This document shows positions 48,257 to 59,448 of a DNA stretch of 64,000 nucleotides, one piece after another. The stretch covers positions 812-64,811 of the forward strand of contig JBIJCO010000015.1 in assembly GCA_044344665.1 (NCBI GenBank). Direction: 5' to 3'. Every line of letters begins with the position of its first letter. Position 1 is the stretch's first letter. A model generated the notes under the pieces. The model was not told the DNA's origin and did not search any database. It was given only the letters and a program-made list of their open reading frames with translations. The DNA comes from Bacteroidia bacterium (GTDB lineage: Bacteria > Bacteroidota > Bacteroidia > B-17B0 > Aurantibacillaceae). Made by a program: the position numbers and the translations under genes.

Positions 48257-51200
48257 ATGAGTGAACGAATACTTAGGGCCTTAATGCAAATGTTTGCAAT
48301 TATTGCAAAGGTTGATGGCATTAATAACACAGGCAGACAAATTGTACAGTCTTTTTTAAAAGGTCAATTAAATACCGAACAGGTAGAAACTTATTTAAAT
48401 ATTTTTGACGATTACCTTGAGGCGCATCATAATTTAAGTAAGAAAAAGGAAGGCGCAGCAAAAAGAACTTCATTAAACTCGGTAAAAATTTTAAGAATTT
48501 GTACGCAAATTAATCAGGAGCTTGAACAAACGCAAAAGGTTATTGTGTTGATTCGTTTATTAGAATTTATTCATTCAAGCAATGAAATAAGTGACCAAGA
48601 GCATGAATTTGTTTTAACAGTGGCTGATACGTTTAATATACCAATGAACGAGTTTAATTTATTAACTTCTTTTGTTGTTGATGGTCTAGACGTTATTCCA
48701 AACAATCACAACATTTTAATTATAAATAATAATACAGAAGGCACGCAAAATCAAACCAAACATATTTATTGCGAAACATTGCCTCAAGATATAAGAGTAC
48801 TTCAAATTGAAAGTGTGTCAATGTACGCACTAAGAATGTATGGTAATCATGAATTGCAATTAAACGGACAAAGTATTACCAAAGAACGCGTTCATATTTT
48901 TACTCCGGGTTCTTCTATTCGTTCACGAAAAGTAAAACCAATTTATTATAGTGATGTTATTGGCCGTTTTTTAAGTGACGAAACTCAAGCTAGAATTACG
49001 TTTGAAGTTAAAAATCTAGAATACAAATTTAAAAGCGGCAAACTTGGTTTACGCGATATAAACATTAATGAAGAAAGCGGTAAATTAATTGGCATTATGG
49101 GCGGTTCAGGTGCCGGTAAATCTACTTTACTTAATGTATTAAATAGTATTGAAACTCCAAGTTCGGGCAGCGTAAATATAAACGGAAAAAATATTCATAC
49201 CGAAAAAAATGCCATAGAAGGAGTTATAGGTCACGTAAGTCAAGACGATTTGTTAATTGAAGAGTTAACCGTTTACGAAAATCTTTTTTATAACGCAAAA
49301 TTATGTTTTGGAAATTTAGAAGATAACGTTATAGCCGATAAGTGTAATGTGTTATTGGCTAATTTAGGCTTAAACGAAACTAAAAACTTAAAGGTTGGTT
49401 CGCCTCTTGAAAAAACCATTTCGGGAGGGCAACGTAAACGATTAAATATTGCCTTAGAATTAATTCGAGAACCAAGTGTATTATTTGTTGATGAACCAAC
49501 ATCAGGTTTATCTTCAAGGGATTCTGAAAATATTATGGACCTATTAAAAGAATTGGCCTTAAAAGGAAAATTAATTTTTGTAGTAATCCATCAGCCATCA
49601 TCAGAAATTTATAAGATGTTTGATAAATTAATGATTCTTGATGTTGGCGGTTACCCTATTTATTACGGCAATCCAGTTGAAGCGGTGAGTTATTTTAAAG
49701 GGTTGGTAAATCATGTTAATGCCGATGAATCTGAATGCTGGCATTGCGGTAATGTAAATCCGGAACAAATATTTAATATCATTGAAAGTAAGGTTTTAGA
49801 TGAATATGGCAACTTAACGTTTAATAGAAAAGTTAGTCCTCAGGAGTGGAATGTGCATTATAAGGAAAAAATTGAGAGTAACATTCATTCTGAAAAAAAG
49901 CATACCGAAATTCCGGGAAGTATTTTTAAAATTCCAAACATATTAAAGCAGTTTAAAGTTTTTATAACACGCGATGTTAAAAGTAAATTAACTAATACAC
50001 AGTATCTATTAATTAATTTTTTAGAAGCGCCTTTACTAGCTTTTATTCTAGCTTATTTGGTTAGGTTTTTTAATGTTGATGTAGAGTCAGGAAAAGGTTA
50101 TGTATTTAACGAAAATGAAAATATACCAGCTTACATGTTTATGTCGGTAGTAGTTGCGTTGTTTATTGGATTAACTGTAAGTGCCGAGGAAATAATACGT
50201 GACAGAAAAATTCGTAAACGCGAATCTTTTTTAAATCTTAGTAAGGGAAGTTATTTGTGGAGCAAAATTATTATAATGTTTTTTTTATCAGCTATACAAA
50301 CATTTACGTTTGTTTTAGTTGGCAATTCTGTTTTAGGAATAAGCGGGATGTACTCAGACTATTGGATGGTATTGTTTTCCGTTTCGTGTTTTGCCAATAT
50401 TTTAGGATTAAATATTTCTTCGGCTTTTAACAGTGCAGTTACTATTTACATTTTAATTCCGTTTTTAATTATACCACAATTGTTATTGGCAGGTGTTGTT
50501 GTTAAATTTGATAAGCTTAATCCAACACTTTCTAAACAAGGTAGCGTGCCTATTAGCGGCGAAATAATGGCAAGCAGATGGGCATTTGAAGCGCTTGCAG
50601 TTAATCAGTTTAAAGACAATAAATACGAAAAGAATTTTTACAAATTTAATAAGCGCATGAGCGTGGCTCAATACAAGAAAGATTACTGGATGCCAAAGCT
50701 CGAAAATAAAATAACCAAAATACAAGAGGAATTAAAAAACGGTAAAAAATTAAGTGATGTTAAGCAAGATATTGTTTTGTTGTATAACGAAATAAAAAAA
50801 GAAACTAGCTTAAATAAAAAATATAAATGTGAGGTGTTAAATCAAATTAATGATAAAGATTATTCTGAAAATATTTCCTCGCAAATAAAACTATACTTAG
50901 AAAATTTAAAACAGTATTATATCAATATGTATAATACGGCAAATAAAAATTTAGACGATGTAAAAGTTTCTATGCAAAAATCACCAGAAGCCAAAGAGAA
51001 GTTTCTCGAATTGCAAGCAAATTACGATAATGAAAATTTAAATAATCTAGTTAAAAATGCTAATGAGTTAAACCGCTGCATCGAAAAAGACGGAAAATTG
51101 ATTCAACAGATTGATCCGGTTTTTCAAGACCCAGTTGATTCAAAATTTGGAAGAGCACATTTTTTTGCACCAAGAAAAAATATTATGGGGTCCTATTTTC

Positions 51201-51328
51201 CTACTTATTGGTTTAATGTTTGTGTCATTTGGATTATGAGTATAATTTTAATGATTACGCTCTATTTTGATACATTTAAAAAAGTGCTTGATATGTTAGG
51301 AAATATTAAACTTGCGAAGAAAAAATAA
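48257..51328 (+). CDS. ABC transporter, ABCG/White-like NBD-TMD fusion with N-terminal TerB-like domain
   Basis: Helical N-terminus (ILRALMQMFAIIA...); GGSGAGKST, ISGGQRKR, FVDEPTSGL, VIHQPS; ABC-2-type TMD with a long extracytoplasmic insert before the last helix. Confidence 0.85.
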   Translation: MSERILRALMQMFAIIAKVDGINNTGRQIVQSFLKGQLNTEQVETYLNIFDDYLEAHHNLSKKKEGAAKRTSLNSVKILRICTQINQELEQTQKVIVLIRLLEFIHSSNEISDQEHEFVLTVADTFNIPMNEFNLLTSFVVDGLDVIPNNHNILIINNNTEGTQNQTKHIYCETLPQDIRVLQIESVSMYALRMYGNHELQLNGQSITKERVHIFTPGSSIRSRKVKPIYYSDVIGRFLSDETQARITFEVKNLEYKFKSGKLGLRDININEESGKLIGIMGGSGAGKSTLLNVLNSIETPSSGSVNINGKNIHTEKNAIEGVIGHVSQDDLLIEELTVYENLFYNAKLCFGNLEDNVIADKCNVLLANLGLNETKNLKVGSPLEKTISGGQRKRLNIALELIREPSVLFVDEPTSGLSSRDSENIMDLLKELALKGKLIFVVIHQPSSEIYKMFDKLMILDVGGYPIYYGNPVEAVSYFKGLVNHVNADESECWHCGNVNPEQIFNIIESKVLDEYGNLTFNRKVSPQEWNVHYKEKIESNIHSEKKHTEIPGSIFKIPNILKQFKVFITRDVKSKLTNTQYLLINFLEAPLLAFILAYLVRFFNVDVESGKGYVFNENENIPAYMFMSVVVALFIGLTVSAEEIIRDRKIRKRESFLNLSKGSYLWSKIIIMFFLSAIQTFTFVLVGNSVLGISGMYSDYWMVLFSVSCFANILGLNISSAFNSAVTIYILIPFLIIPQLLLAGVVVKFDKLNPTLSKQGSVPISGEIMASRWAFEALAVNQFKDNKYEKNFYKFNKRMSVAQYKKDYWMPKLENKITKIQEELKNGKKLSDVKQDIVLLYNEIKKETSLNKKYKCEVLNQINDKDYSENISSQIKLYLENLKQYYINMYNTANKNLDDVKVSMQKSPEAKEKFLELQANYDNENLNNLVKNANELNRCIEKDGKLIQQIDPVFQDPVDSKFGRAHFFAPRKNIMGSYFPTYWFNVCVIWIMSIILMITLYFDTFKKVLDMLGNIKLAKKK

Positions 51329-51515
51329 GTTTCTTGGATTTTAACTAAGTTAATTAATCAAGCAATGTTGTTTACCAAAAGTTTTATTAAGGTGATTTAA
51401 AATTTCTTGTAAAAACATTATTTATAAGCATAAATTTTGACAATTTAACCAATTTCAAATAATAGCTTCAATTTAATAGTTATACCAATTTTGTGTTTTG
51501 TGAATAATATTATTG

Positions 51516-54338
51516 TTAAAGTTTTTGATCCAGATATTTAGAGGTGTATCCTTTTTTGGTTTTTACCAATCCCTCCGGTGTTCCTTCAAATACAAGGTTG
51601 CCTCCGTTTTCGCCACCTTCCGGGCCAATATCTATTATCCAGTCGGCACATTTTATGACATCTAAATTATGTTCAATCACAACAATAGAATGTCCTTTAT
51701 TTAATAAGGCGTCAAATGATTTTAGAAGTTTATTTACATCGTGAAAATGTAATCCGGTAGTTGGTTCGTCAAAAACAAAAAGGGTAGGAGAGGTGTTGTT
51801 AATGGCAATTAAAAAACTTGCTAATTTAATACGTTGTGCTTCGCCACCGCTTAATGTGCTGCTGCTTTGGCCAAGTGTAACATAGCCTAAACCAACGGCC
51901 TGTAGGGCACTTAATTTTTCTACAATTTTTTTGCAGGTTTTATGTTTTAAATCAGCCTCAAAAAAACTAACGGCATCGTCAACAGTCAAATTTAAAATAT
52001 CTGCAATAGATTTGCTTTGATACTGTATTTCTAACGTTTCAGATTTATATCGCTTTCCTTTACAGCCCTCACAAATTAATTGTATGTCGGCCATAAATTG
52101 CATTTCAACAGTAATTAGGCCTTCGCCTTGACAAGTTTCACATCTTCCGCCTTCTACATTAAAGCTGAAGTATCCTGGTTTGTAGCCTCTTGTAATTGCA
52201 AGACCTTGTTCAGAAAATAGATTTCTTATTTCGTCAAAGGCTTTAACATAGGTAACCGGATTACTTCGAGATGATTTACCTATAGGGTTTTGATCAACAA
52301 ACTCTAATTGTTTAATTTGATTTAAACTACCACCAATAATGTGCTCTGCATTTACATTATCATAATATCCATCCAAATACCTTTGTAAGTATGGAATTAG
52401 GCCGTTACGAATAATAGTAGATTTACCCGAACCGCTAACACCGGTTAAACAGGTTAATACATTTAAGGGAAATTTTACAGTAATTTTTTTTAAGTTGTTT
52501 TCGGTCAGGTTTCTTATTTCAATAAATTCTTTCCATTTCCGACGTGATTTTGGAACTTCAATTTTTAAACTATTATTTAAGTATTTAGTTGTATAACCTT
52601 CTTTACTTTTTAATAATTCTTTGTGTGTACCTTGAAAAACCAAATTTCCACCATGTGTTCCGGCTTCCGGTCCTATATCAATTAATTCATCGGCCTCACG
52701 CATAATTTCTTCATCGTGCTCAACAATAATTACTGTATTGCCTTGTTGCTGAAGCGATCTTAATACTTTTATTAAACGTTCGGTGTCTCTGGGGTGCAAA
52801 CCAATACTGGGTTCGTCTAAAATATATAAACTACCAACCAAGGTGCTGCCTAATTGCGTAGCCAAATTAATGCGCTGACTCTCGCCACCACTTAATGTGT
52901 TGGCAACCCGGTTTAAAGTTAAATACCCTAAACCCACATCTAACAAATATTGTAGACGGTTTGTAATTTCAATTAATAAACGCTTTGCAATTTTTGAGTC
53001 GTGGTCGTTAAGTTTCAGATTTTTAAAAAACTGATGAAGATTTTCTACTGTTGTTAAAACTAAATCTGTAATACATTTACCTGAAACTTTTACATTATTA
53101 GCATCTTTTCTTAATCGTGAACCGAGGCAGTCTGGACAGGTTGTTTTTCCTCTGTATCTTGCCAGCATAACTCGGTATTGAATTTTGTAGGTTTCTTTTT
53201 CAAGCATTTTAAAAAAAGAATTTAACCCTTCAAAATAGTCATTGCCTGTCCATAATAATTGATAATCTTCTTTAGATAAATCAATAATTGGTTTATGAAC
53301 AGGAAAATTAAATTTGTGTGCGTTTTTAATTAATTGATTTTTATAGCTACTCATTACTTCGCCATTCCAACAAACAATTGCATTTTGAAATACCGATAAA
53401 CTTTTGTTGGGTATAACTAAATCAGGGTCTATTCCAATAATACTTCCAAAACCTTCGCAGGTTTTACAAGCTCCAATAGGATTGTTAAACGTAAAAAAAT
53501 TAACATCAGGCTCCTCAAACGCTATGCCGTCGAGTTCAAACAAATTGCTGAACACATGTTTTTCATAGGCACCTTTGTTATTATCTATCCAGATTAAGCT
53601 TTCGCCATTGCCTTCTGAAAAAGCAGTTTGAACACTGTCTGCAACTCTATTCAAAAAATCTTCATCGTTGTTATTAGTAAATAATCTGTCAATTAATAAA
53701 TAAACTTCATGATTTTTTTTTATGGTTTTAAAATCAACTTCATTTATTTTAATTATTTGTTCGTTAATAACTGCTCTAGAAAAACCTTGTTGTGACAATA
53801 ATTCCAGCTGTTTTTGAAATGATCGGTCTTTTGATTCGGTTATTTTTGATAAAATTAAAATTTTAGTTTCTGATTTTAATTCAGAGATAAAATTAACAAC
53901 ATCGCTAACGGTTTCTCGCTTTACCTGTTTTCCGCTGATAGGGCTGTATGTTTTTCCAATTCGCGCAAACAATAACTTTAAGTAATCGTAAATTTCGGTT
54001 GTAGTTCCAACGGTACTTCGTGGATTGCGCGAAATAACTTTTTGTTCGATAGCAATAGCAGGAGAAATTCCTTTAATATAATCTACCAGTGGTTTTTCAA
54101 GCCTTCCCATAAACTGTCGTGCGTATGCAGATAAACTTTCTACATAGCGTCTTTGACCTTCGGCATAGAGCGTGTCAAAAGCTAAAGAAGATTTGCCGGA
54201 ACCTGAAAGACCGGTAATTACAATCATTTTGTTACGGGGTAAAGCGACATCTACATTTTTTAAATTATGTTGCTTTGCGCCTTTAATTATGATATAATCT
54301 TTTGGGCTTAGTTTGGTTATATCTTTTTTAGTGTTCAT
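51516..54338 (-). CDS. uvrA: Excinuclease ABC subunit A
   Basis: Two NBDs (GLSGSGKSS, GVSGSGKST; LSGGESQR, LSGGEAQR), CxxC zinc fingers, EGQRRYVESLSAYARQF. Confidence 0.97.
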   Translation of the reverse strand: MNTKKDITKLSPKDYIIIKGAKQHNLKNVDVALPRNKMIVITGLSGSGKSSLAFDTLYAEGQRRYVESLSAYARQFMGRLEKPLVDYIKGISPAIAIEQKVISRNPRSTVGTTTEIYDYLKLLFARIGKTYSPISGKQVKRETVSDVVNFISELKSETKILILSKITESKDRSFQKQLELLSQQGFSRAVINEQIIKINEVDFKTIKKNHEVYLLIDRLFTNNNDEDFLNRVADSVQTAFSEGNGESLIWIDNNKGAYEKHVFSNLFELDGIAFEEPDVNFFTFNNPIGACKTCEGFGSIIGIDPDLVIPNKSLSVFQNAIVCWNGEVMSSYKNQLIKNAHKFNFPVHKPIIDLSKEDYQLLWTGNDYFEGLNSFFKMLEKETYKIQYRVMLARYRGKTTCPDCLGSRLRKDANNVKVSGKCITDLVLTTVENLHQFFKNLKLNDHDSKIAKRLLIEITNRLQYLLDVGLGYLTLNRVANTLSGGESQRINLATQLGSTLVGSLYILDEPSIGLHPRDTERLIKVLRSLQQQGNTVIIVEHDEEIMREADELIDIGPEAGTHGGNLVFQGTHKELLKSKEGYTTKYLNNSLKIEVPKSRRKWKEFIEIRNLTENNLKKITVKFPLNVLTCLTGVSGSGKSTIIRNGLIPYLQRYLDGYYDNVNAEHIIGGSLNQIKQLEFVDQNPIGKSSRSNPVTYVKAFDEIRNLFSEQGLAITRGYKPGYFSFNVEGGRCETCQGEGLITVEMQFMADIQLICEGCKGKRYKSETLEIQYQSKSIADILNLTVDDAVSFFEADLKHKTCKKIVEKLSALQAVGLGYVTLGQSSSTLSGGEAQRIKLASFLIAINNTSPTLFVFDEPTTGLHFHDVNKLLKSFDALLNKGHSIVVIEHNLDVIKCADWIIDIGPEGGENGGNLVFEGTPEGLVKTKKGYTSKYLDQKL

Positions 54339-54387
54339 TTATTAAGTAAGTCAGATAGGATAAATTAAATACGTTTAAAAGGAAATA

Positions 54388-54879
54388 TTATTCCATTAAT
54401 TTTTTTAAGTGTTCTGCTGCAGAAGGGTCTTTCCAATCCAGATAACCAACGGTTTCTTTTTTTACTTCCAAATTTGTGTTAAGTATATAAGATGTAGGAA
54501 TAGAAAAAATACCAATCTGATTAAATGATTGCTTAAGTTTTAAAAATGTAAACGGGTAATTGGTTTTTTCTTTAAACGATGTTATTTTTTCAATTGGCTC
54601 ATCGCTTATTACTATAACTTCAACATCGTTTAAGTTAATGGGTTTTATAGTATTTAATTCTTTTAATTCGACTAAACAATTAGGGCACCAAGATGCGCTG
54701 AAGCACACCACAAGCTTTTTTCCTTTAAATAGGTTAAAATTTACGGGTTGCTCGTTTAAATCGGTAAGGTTTAATTTATTAAAATCTATGCTTGGCGCAA
54801 CATTGTATTTGTTATAAAAATAAAAAATAACAAAAAAGGTTATAAGTATAAAAATTAAAGTGGTAATTTTTTTGTTCAT
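54388..54879 (-). CDS. TlpA/redoxin family thiol-disulfide oxidoreductase
   Basis: N-terminal anchor, FSASWCPNC, IPTSYIL. Confidence 0.88.
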   Translation of the reverse strand: MNKKITTLIFILITFFVIFYFYNKYNVAPSIDFNKLNLTDLNEQPVNFNLFKGKKLVVCFSASWCPNCLVELKELNTIKPINLNDVEVIVISDEPIEKITSFKEKTNYPFTFLKLKQSFNQIGIFSIPTSYILNTNLEVKKETVGYLDWKDPSAAEHLKKLME

Positions 54880-54943
54880 TTTAATTAAAAATCTATGGTT
54901 AATTTATTTACAATTTTTGTGCTATAAAGTTTAAAAATACGAA

Positions 54944-54951
54944 TAGATTTG
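54944..54951 (+). promoter_or_regulatory. Candidate -7 box for the mtgA operon
   Basis: TAGATTTG(C), 11 nt upstream of 54963. Confidence 0.5.
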
Positions 54952-54962
54952 CCAGATAAATT

Positions 54963-55730
54963 TTGTTTTTGTTAACTAAAATATTTAAGTGGATATTAAA
55001 AATTGTTATACTTTTTATAATAATTTCGGCTGGTTCTGTGTTAGTATTTAAATGGGTACCGGTTCCAATTACGCCGTTAATGATTATTAGATGTGCTCAA
55101 CAGTTTAGCAGCGGAGAAACTATGAGTTTGAAACACGACTGGGTTAATTTAGATGACATTTCACCTAAATTACAATTGGCAGTTGTTTGCAGCGAGGATC
55201 AAAATTATTTAAAACATTTTGGTTTTGATTGGGGAGCAATTGAAAAAGCCTTAAAGGCCAATGAATCAGGCAAGCGCATAAGGGGAGGAAGCACTATTTC
55301 GCAGCAAACTGCAAAAAATGTTTTTTTGTGGCCGGGCAGAAGCTATGTTAGAAAAGGTTTTGAAGCTTATTTTACATTATTAATTGAAGTTTTTTGGAGC
55401 AAGGAACGAATTATGGAAGTTTACCTTAACAGTATTGAAATGGGTAATGGGGTTTATGGAGCAGAAGCCGCTGCGAATTATTGGTTTAAAAAATCGGCGG
55501 CCCAGTTAACAAAAGATGAAAGTTCGGCAATTGCGGCTATTTTGCCTAATCCATTAAAATATACAGCAAATCCGCCTAGTGCATATATCTCTAAACGCAA
55601 GGCGTGGATAAAACAACAAATGAGTTTTTGGGGTAATAAATTAGATTATGATAAGTATAATGATGATTCAGATGAATTGAACAAAAAAAAGAAGATTTTA
55701 AAGACTAAAACAAAAACAAATAAAAAATGA
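54963..55730 (+). CDS. mtgA: Monofunctional biosynthetic peptidoglycan transglycosylase
   Basis: SEDQNY...HFGFD, RGGSTISQQTAKNVFLW, RKGFE, EVYLNSIEMG, ILPNP. Confidence 0.95.
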   Translation: MFLLTKIFKWILKIVILFIIISAGSVLVFKWVPVPITPLMIIRCAQQFSSGETMSLKHDWVNLDDISPKLQLAVVCSEDQNYLKHFGFDWGAIEKALKANESGKRIRGGSTISQQTAKNVFLWPGRSYVRKGFEAYFTLLIEVFWSKERIMEVYLNSIEMGNGVYGAEAAANYWFKKSAAQLTKDESSAIAAILPNPLKYTANPPSAYISKRKAWIKQQMSFWGNKLDYDKYNDDSDELNKKKKILKTKTKTNKK

Positions 55731-56905
55731 ATAAATTTTATGTACTTGTTGTTTTTTGTGTGACAATTTTTAGTTGCGGTGACTCTGGCCTACCAAGTAA
55801 TAAAGCAAAAACTAATCCTATAAAACCATACGTTTCCTCTAATACCGAAACTGTAAAACACTTAAGTCATAAAGATAAAATTATTGCCGAAAAATTAGAT
55901 GACTTATTTACACAACAATACAAATCGGGACTTTTTAACGGGAGTGTTTTAGTTGCAAAAGCTGATAGGGTATTGTTTAAAAAATCGTTTGGTTTACAAA
56001 ATAAATCTTCCCGTTTTTTTTTAACAGATTCTTCAATGTTTCAATTAGCATCAGTTTCAAAAATTATGACTTCAACGGCTATTCTATTGCTGCATGAAAG
56101 AAATTTAATTGATTTGAATAAAAACTTTAAATTTTATTTTCCGGATTTTCCTTACGCTAACATCAGCATCAAAAATTTATTATGTCATCGTTCAGGCTTG
56201 GCTAATTACATTTATGTTTTAAATAAGGAGCTGTATTTACCTGATTATAAAATGAGTAACCTTGACATGTATAATTTCTTTGTATCAAAAAAACCCGAAC
56301 CTTATTTAAAGCCTGATAAACGATTTAATTATTGTAATACTAATTATGCTTTGCTAGCATTATTAGTAGAAAAAATAACAAAAAATACTTTTTCTAATTT
56401 TTTACAGAAAGAATTTTTTAAACCATTAGGTATGAAACATACCGCTACAATAAATGAAATTGATTTAAATGGTAAAAACATTACTAAACCTTATGACGGC
56501 CGATGGCGTTCAATTGATTTTGATGCAAGCGATTACGTTTTGGGAGATAAGAGTATTTATTCTACACCTTACGATATGTACCTTTTTAGTAAGGCTTTGT
56601 ATGAGAATAAATTAATTAATTCCGAAAGTCAAGAATTGGCTTATACAGCATACAGTAAAGAGAGGAAAATAAATAATTATGGTTTTGGATGGCGGATAAA
56701 AAATTTTAAAGATTCCCTAAAAAAAGAAGTTTATCATAATGGATGGTGGCATGGTTATAGGTCATCTTTTCATAGAAGACTCAGAGATACCTTAACTGTT
56801 GTAATTTTTAGCAATCAGTTAAATTATTCAGCTTACCATACAAATAAAGTTTACGCGATAATTGATAACGAAATTATTACCGATACGGTTGAAGAACTTG
56901 AATAA
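55727..56905 (+). CDS. Serine hydrolase, beta-lactamase/class C-like (lipoprotein)
   Basis: Lipobox IFSC; ASVSK (SxxK), LLCHRSGL, YCN (YxN), HNGWWHG. Confidence 0.88.
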   Translation: MNKFYVLVVFCVTIFSCGDSGLPSNKAKTNPIKPYVSSNTETVKHLSHKDKIIAEKLDDLFTQQYKSGLFNGSVLVAKADRVLFKKSFGLQNKSSRFFLTDSSMFQLASVSKIMTSTAILLLHERNLIDLNKNFKFYFPDFPYANISIKNLLCHRSGLANYIYVLNKELYLPDYKMSNLDMYNFFVSKKPEPYLKPDKRFNYCNTNYALLALLVEKITKNTFSNFLQKEFFKPLGMKHTATINEIDLNGKNITKPYDGRWRSIDFDASDYVLGDKSIYSTPYDMYLFSKALYENKLINSESQELAYTAYSKERKINNYGFGWRIKNFKDSLKKEVYHNGWWHGYRSSFHRRLRDTLTVVIFSNQLNYSAYHTNKVYAIIDNEIITDTVEELE

Positions 56906-56934
56906 CGAATATATAATATGTATTTTTACCACTT

Positions 56935-57675
56935 ATGAAAACGCTGTATTTAAAAGAGATTAAGAGTTTTTTAAGCTCGCTCATAGGTTATATAGCCATT
57001 GCCGTGTTTATATCATTAATTGGTGTTTTTATGTGGGTAATTCCTACAGAAAGCGGAGGTTCAAACGTGTTAGACAATGGTTTTTCTAATATTGACCCTT
57101 TATTTTTTATTGCACCATGGGTTTATTTGTTTTTAATTCCTGCTATTACTATGAGATCTTTTTCTGAAGAAAAAAAAACCGGAACTATTGAATTATTGTT
57201 AACCAGACCTTTAACAGAATTGCAATTAGTTTTAGCCAAGTATCTGGCTGGTGTAACTTTAGTGTTGGTGTCATTATTGCCTACATTAATTTATTATTAT
57301 AGCGTTCATGTGCTTGGCGCGCCAAAAGGAAATATTGATACAGGCGGTATGTGGGGGTCATATATAGGTTTATTATGTTTAGGAGCAGGTTTTGTTTCTA
57401 TAGGTGTTTTTGCATCAGCAATTTCCGAAAATCAGGTGATTGCCTTTATTATTGCGCTACTATTATGTTTTTTCTGTTACATAGGTTTTGAGTTTATTGC
57501 TTTAAGTGGGTTGTTTGGTAAATACGACGCTTTTTTTAAATCACTCGGTTTAAACGATCATTATGTAAGTATGAGTCGTGGGGTAATTGATACACGCGAT
57601 GTGATTTATTTTATCAGCGTAATTGCGTTATTTAATTTGTTAACCAAACTTGTTTTAGAAAGTAGAAAATGGTAA
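56935..57675 (+). CDS. gldF: Gliding motility-associated ABC transporter permease GldF
   Basis: APWVYLFLIPAITMRSFSEEKKTGTIELLLTRP, GVIDTRDVIYF, LESRKW end; directly upstream of gldG. Confidence 0.93.
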   Translation: MKTLYLKEIKSFLSSLIGYIAIAVFISLIGVFMWVIPTESGGSNVLDNGFSNIDPLFFIAPWVYLFLIPAITMRSFSEEKKTGTIELLLTRPLTELQLVLAKYLAGVTLVLVSLLPTLIYYYSVHVLGAPKGNIDTGGMWGSYIGLLCLGAGFVSIGVFASAISENQVIAFIIALLLCFFCYIGFEFIALSGLFGKYDAFFKSLGLNDHYVSMSRGVIDTRDVIYFISVIALFNLLTKLVLESRKW

Positions 57676-59390
57676 CAAAAAGTAAACATACATCTTCAAA
57701 AAATAAGCAACGAGATATTTTGTCGTTAGTAATCTTAATTGGGATAGTTATCTTAATTAATTTTATTGGTTCGTTCTATTTTAAACGTTTCGATTTAACT
57801 TCAGAAAAACGTTATACATTGGCTGAATCAACAAAAGCATTATTAAAAAATCTTGATGATGAAGTTTATTTTAAAGTTTATTTTGATGGAAATTTTAATC
57901 CGAGTTTTACGAGATTAAGAAATGAAGCAAAAGAAATTTTAGATGAGTTTAGGGCATATTCAGGAAATCAAATTCAATATGAATTTATTGTCCCTGGTGA
58001 TGGTTTGAGCAACGATGAAAAAGTAAATGTTGAGAGGCAACTTTACGAAAAAGGATTAGTGCCTGAGCAGGTTTATGAAAAGAATAAAGATAAAACATCA
58101 CAGACATTAATCTGGCCAGGCGCGATTGTAAGCCATAAGGGGAGAGAAGCTGTTTGGAAAATATTTAACAGGCAAGATAACACAGATTATGAAGTTTCAA
58201 TAAATAATAGTGTTAAGGAGTTAGAATATAGTTTAACCAATACCATAAGAAAACTTCAGCGTAACAAAAAACAAGAAGTAACATTTATTGAGGGGCATTA
58301 TGAGTCCGATACTTTGCATATTATGGAATTTGCCAGAGCGCTGTCTGAATATTATGATGTAAACAGAACGCCAATATTAGGCAAGCTTGGCGCACTTGAT
58401 AATAGTGATGCTATTATTATTTCAGGACCTGATAGCGCATTTAGCTCAGCCGATCAATATATTATTGATCAGTACATCATGAAGGGAGGAAAAGTTCTTT
58501 GGTTGGTTGATCCGGTTGGCATTAACAGAGATACGTTATTAATGAAAGGATTTTCAATTGGTTTAACAAGGCCTTTAAATATTGAAAACATGTTATTCAA
58601 ATATGGGGTTCGTTTAAATAATGTGTTGTTGCAGGATTTTCAATGCTCCGTAATTCCAATGAATGTAGGCTTTAAAAAAGGTCGACCTAATTTTAAATTA
58701 TTTCCGTGGCCATTTTCACCTTTGGTATTACCTGATGTCGACCACCCCATAGTTAAAAATCTTGATTTGATTAAGTTTGATTATGTAAGTTCTATAGATA
58801 CTATATCTGCAAAAGGAATTAAAAAAACAATTTTGTTAAGTACATCTCGTTACACAAAAGTTATACCAACACCGGCAAGAATTTTTTATAGCAGTGTTCA
58901 AATCCCACCAAAAGAATCTCAGTTTGTAAGTTCGTATGTTCCAGTAGCATGTTTATTAGAAGGCGAGTTTAATAGTTTTGTAGAATACCGTTTACCAACT
59001 ATTTTTTTTACTGACTCTGCTTTTAACGCAAAACATAAATACATTGATAAAGGGAAGAAAACAAAAATGATAGTTGTTGCGGATGGGGATATTGCCAAAA
59101 ATGATTATAATCGTTCTTCTAGAATGCCGTATCCTTTGGGATACGATAAATTTACCAATCAGCAATATGCCAATAAAAATTTCTTATTAAACTGCGTAAA
59201 TTATTTATTGGATGACGAGGGTATGTTGCAGTTGCGTTCAAGAGAAGTTACATTAAGATTGTTAGACAAGAAAAAAATTAGTTTGCAAAGAGGCAAATGG
59301 CAAATTATTAATGTAATGATGCCTTTAATGTTACTGATTAGCTTTGGATTGGTTCAATTCTATTTCCGAAAAAGAAAATTCACAAAATAG
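57669..59390 (+). CDS. gldG: Gliding motility-associated ABC transporter substrate-binding protein GldG
   Basis: RFDLTSEKRYTL, DQYIMKGGKVLW, YANKNFLLNCVNYL, LQLRSREVTLRLLD, C-terminal TM helix. Confidence 0.93.
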   Translation: MVTKSKHTSSKNKQRDILSLVILIGIVILINFIGSFYFKRFDLTSEKRYTLAESTKALLKNLDDEVYFKVYFDGNFNPSFTRLRNEAKEILDEFRAYSGNQIQYEFIVPGDGLSNDEKVNVERQLYEKGLVPEQVYEKNKDKTSQTLIWPGAIVSHKGREAVWKIFNRQDNTDYEVSINNSVKELEYSLTNTIRKLQRNKKQEVTFIEGHYESDTLHIMEFARALSEYYDVNRTPILGKLGALDNSDAIIISGPDSAFSSADQYIIDQYIMKGGKVLWLVDPVGINRDTLLMKGFSIGLTRPLNIENMLFKYGVRLNNVLLQDFQCSVIPMNVGFKKGRPNFKLFPWPFSPLVLPDVDHPIVKNLDLIKFDYVSSIDTISAKGIKKTILLSTSRYTKVIPTPARIFYSSVQIPPKESQFVSSYVPVACLLEGEFNSFVEYRLPTIFFTDSAFNAKHKYIDKGKKTKMIVVADGDIAKNDYNRSSRMPYPLGYDKFTNQQYANKNFLLNCVNYLLDDEGMLQLRSREVTLRLLDKKKISLQRGKWQIINVMMPLMLLISFGLVQFYFRKRKFTK

Positions 59391-59448
59391 AAACTTATTT
59401 ATTTAGGTGCTTTAAAAATAAATGTTGATTTGTTAGTTAAATCAATAT

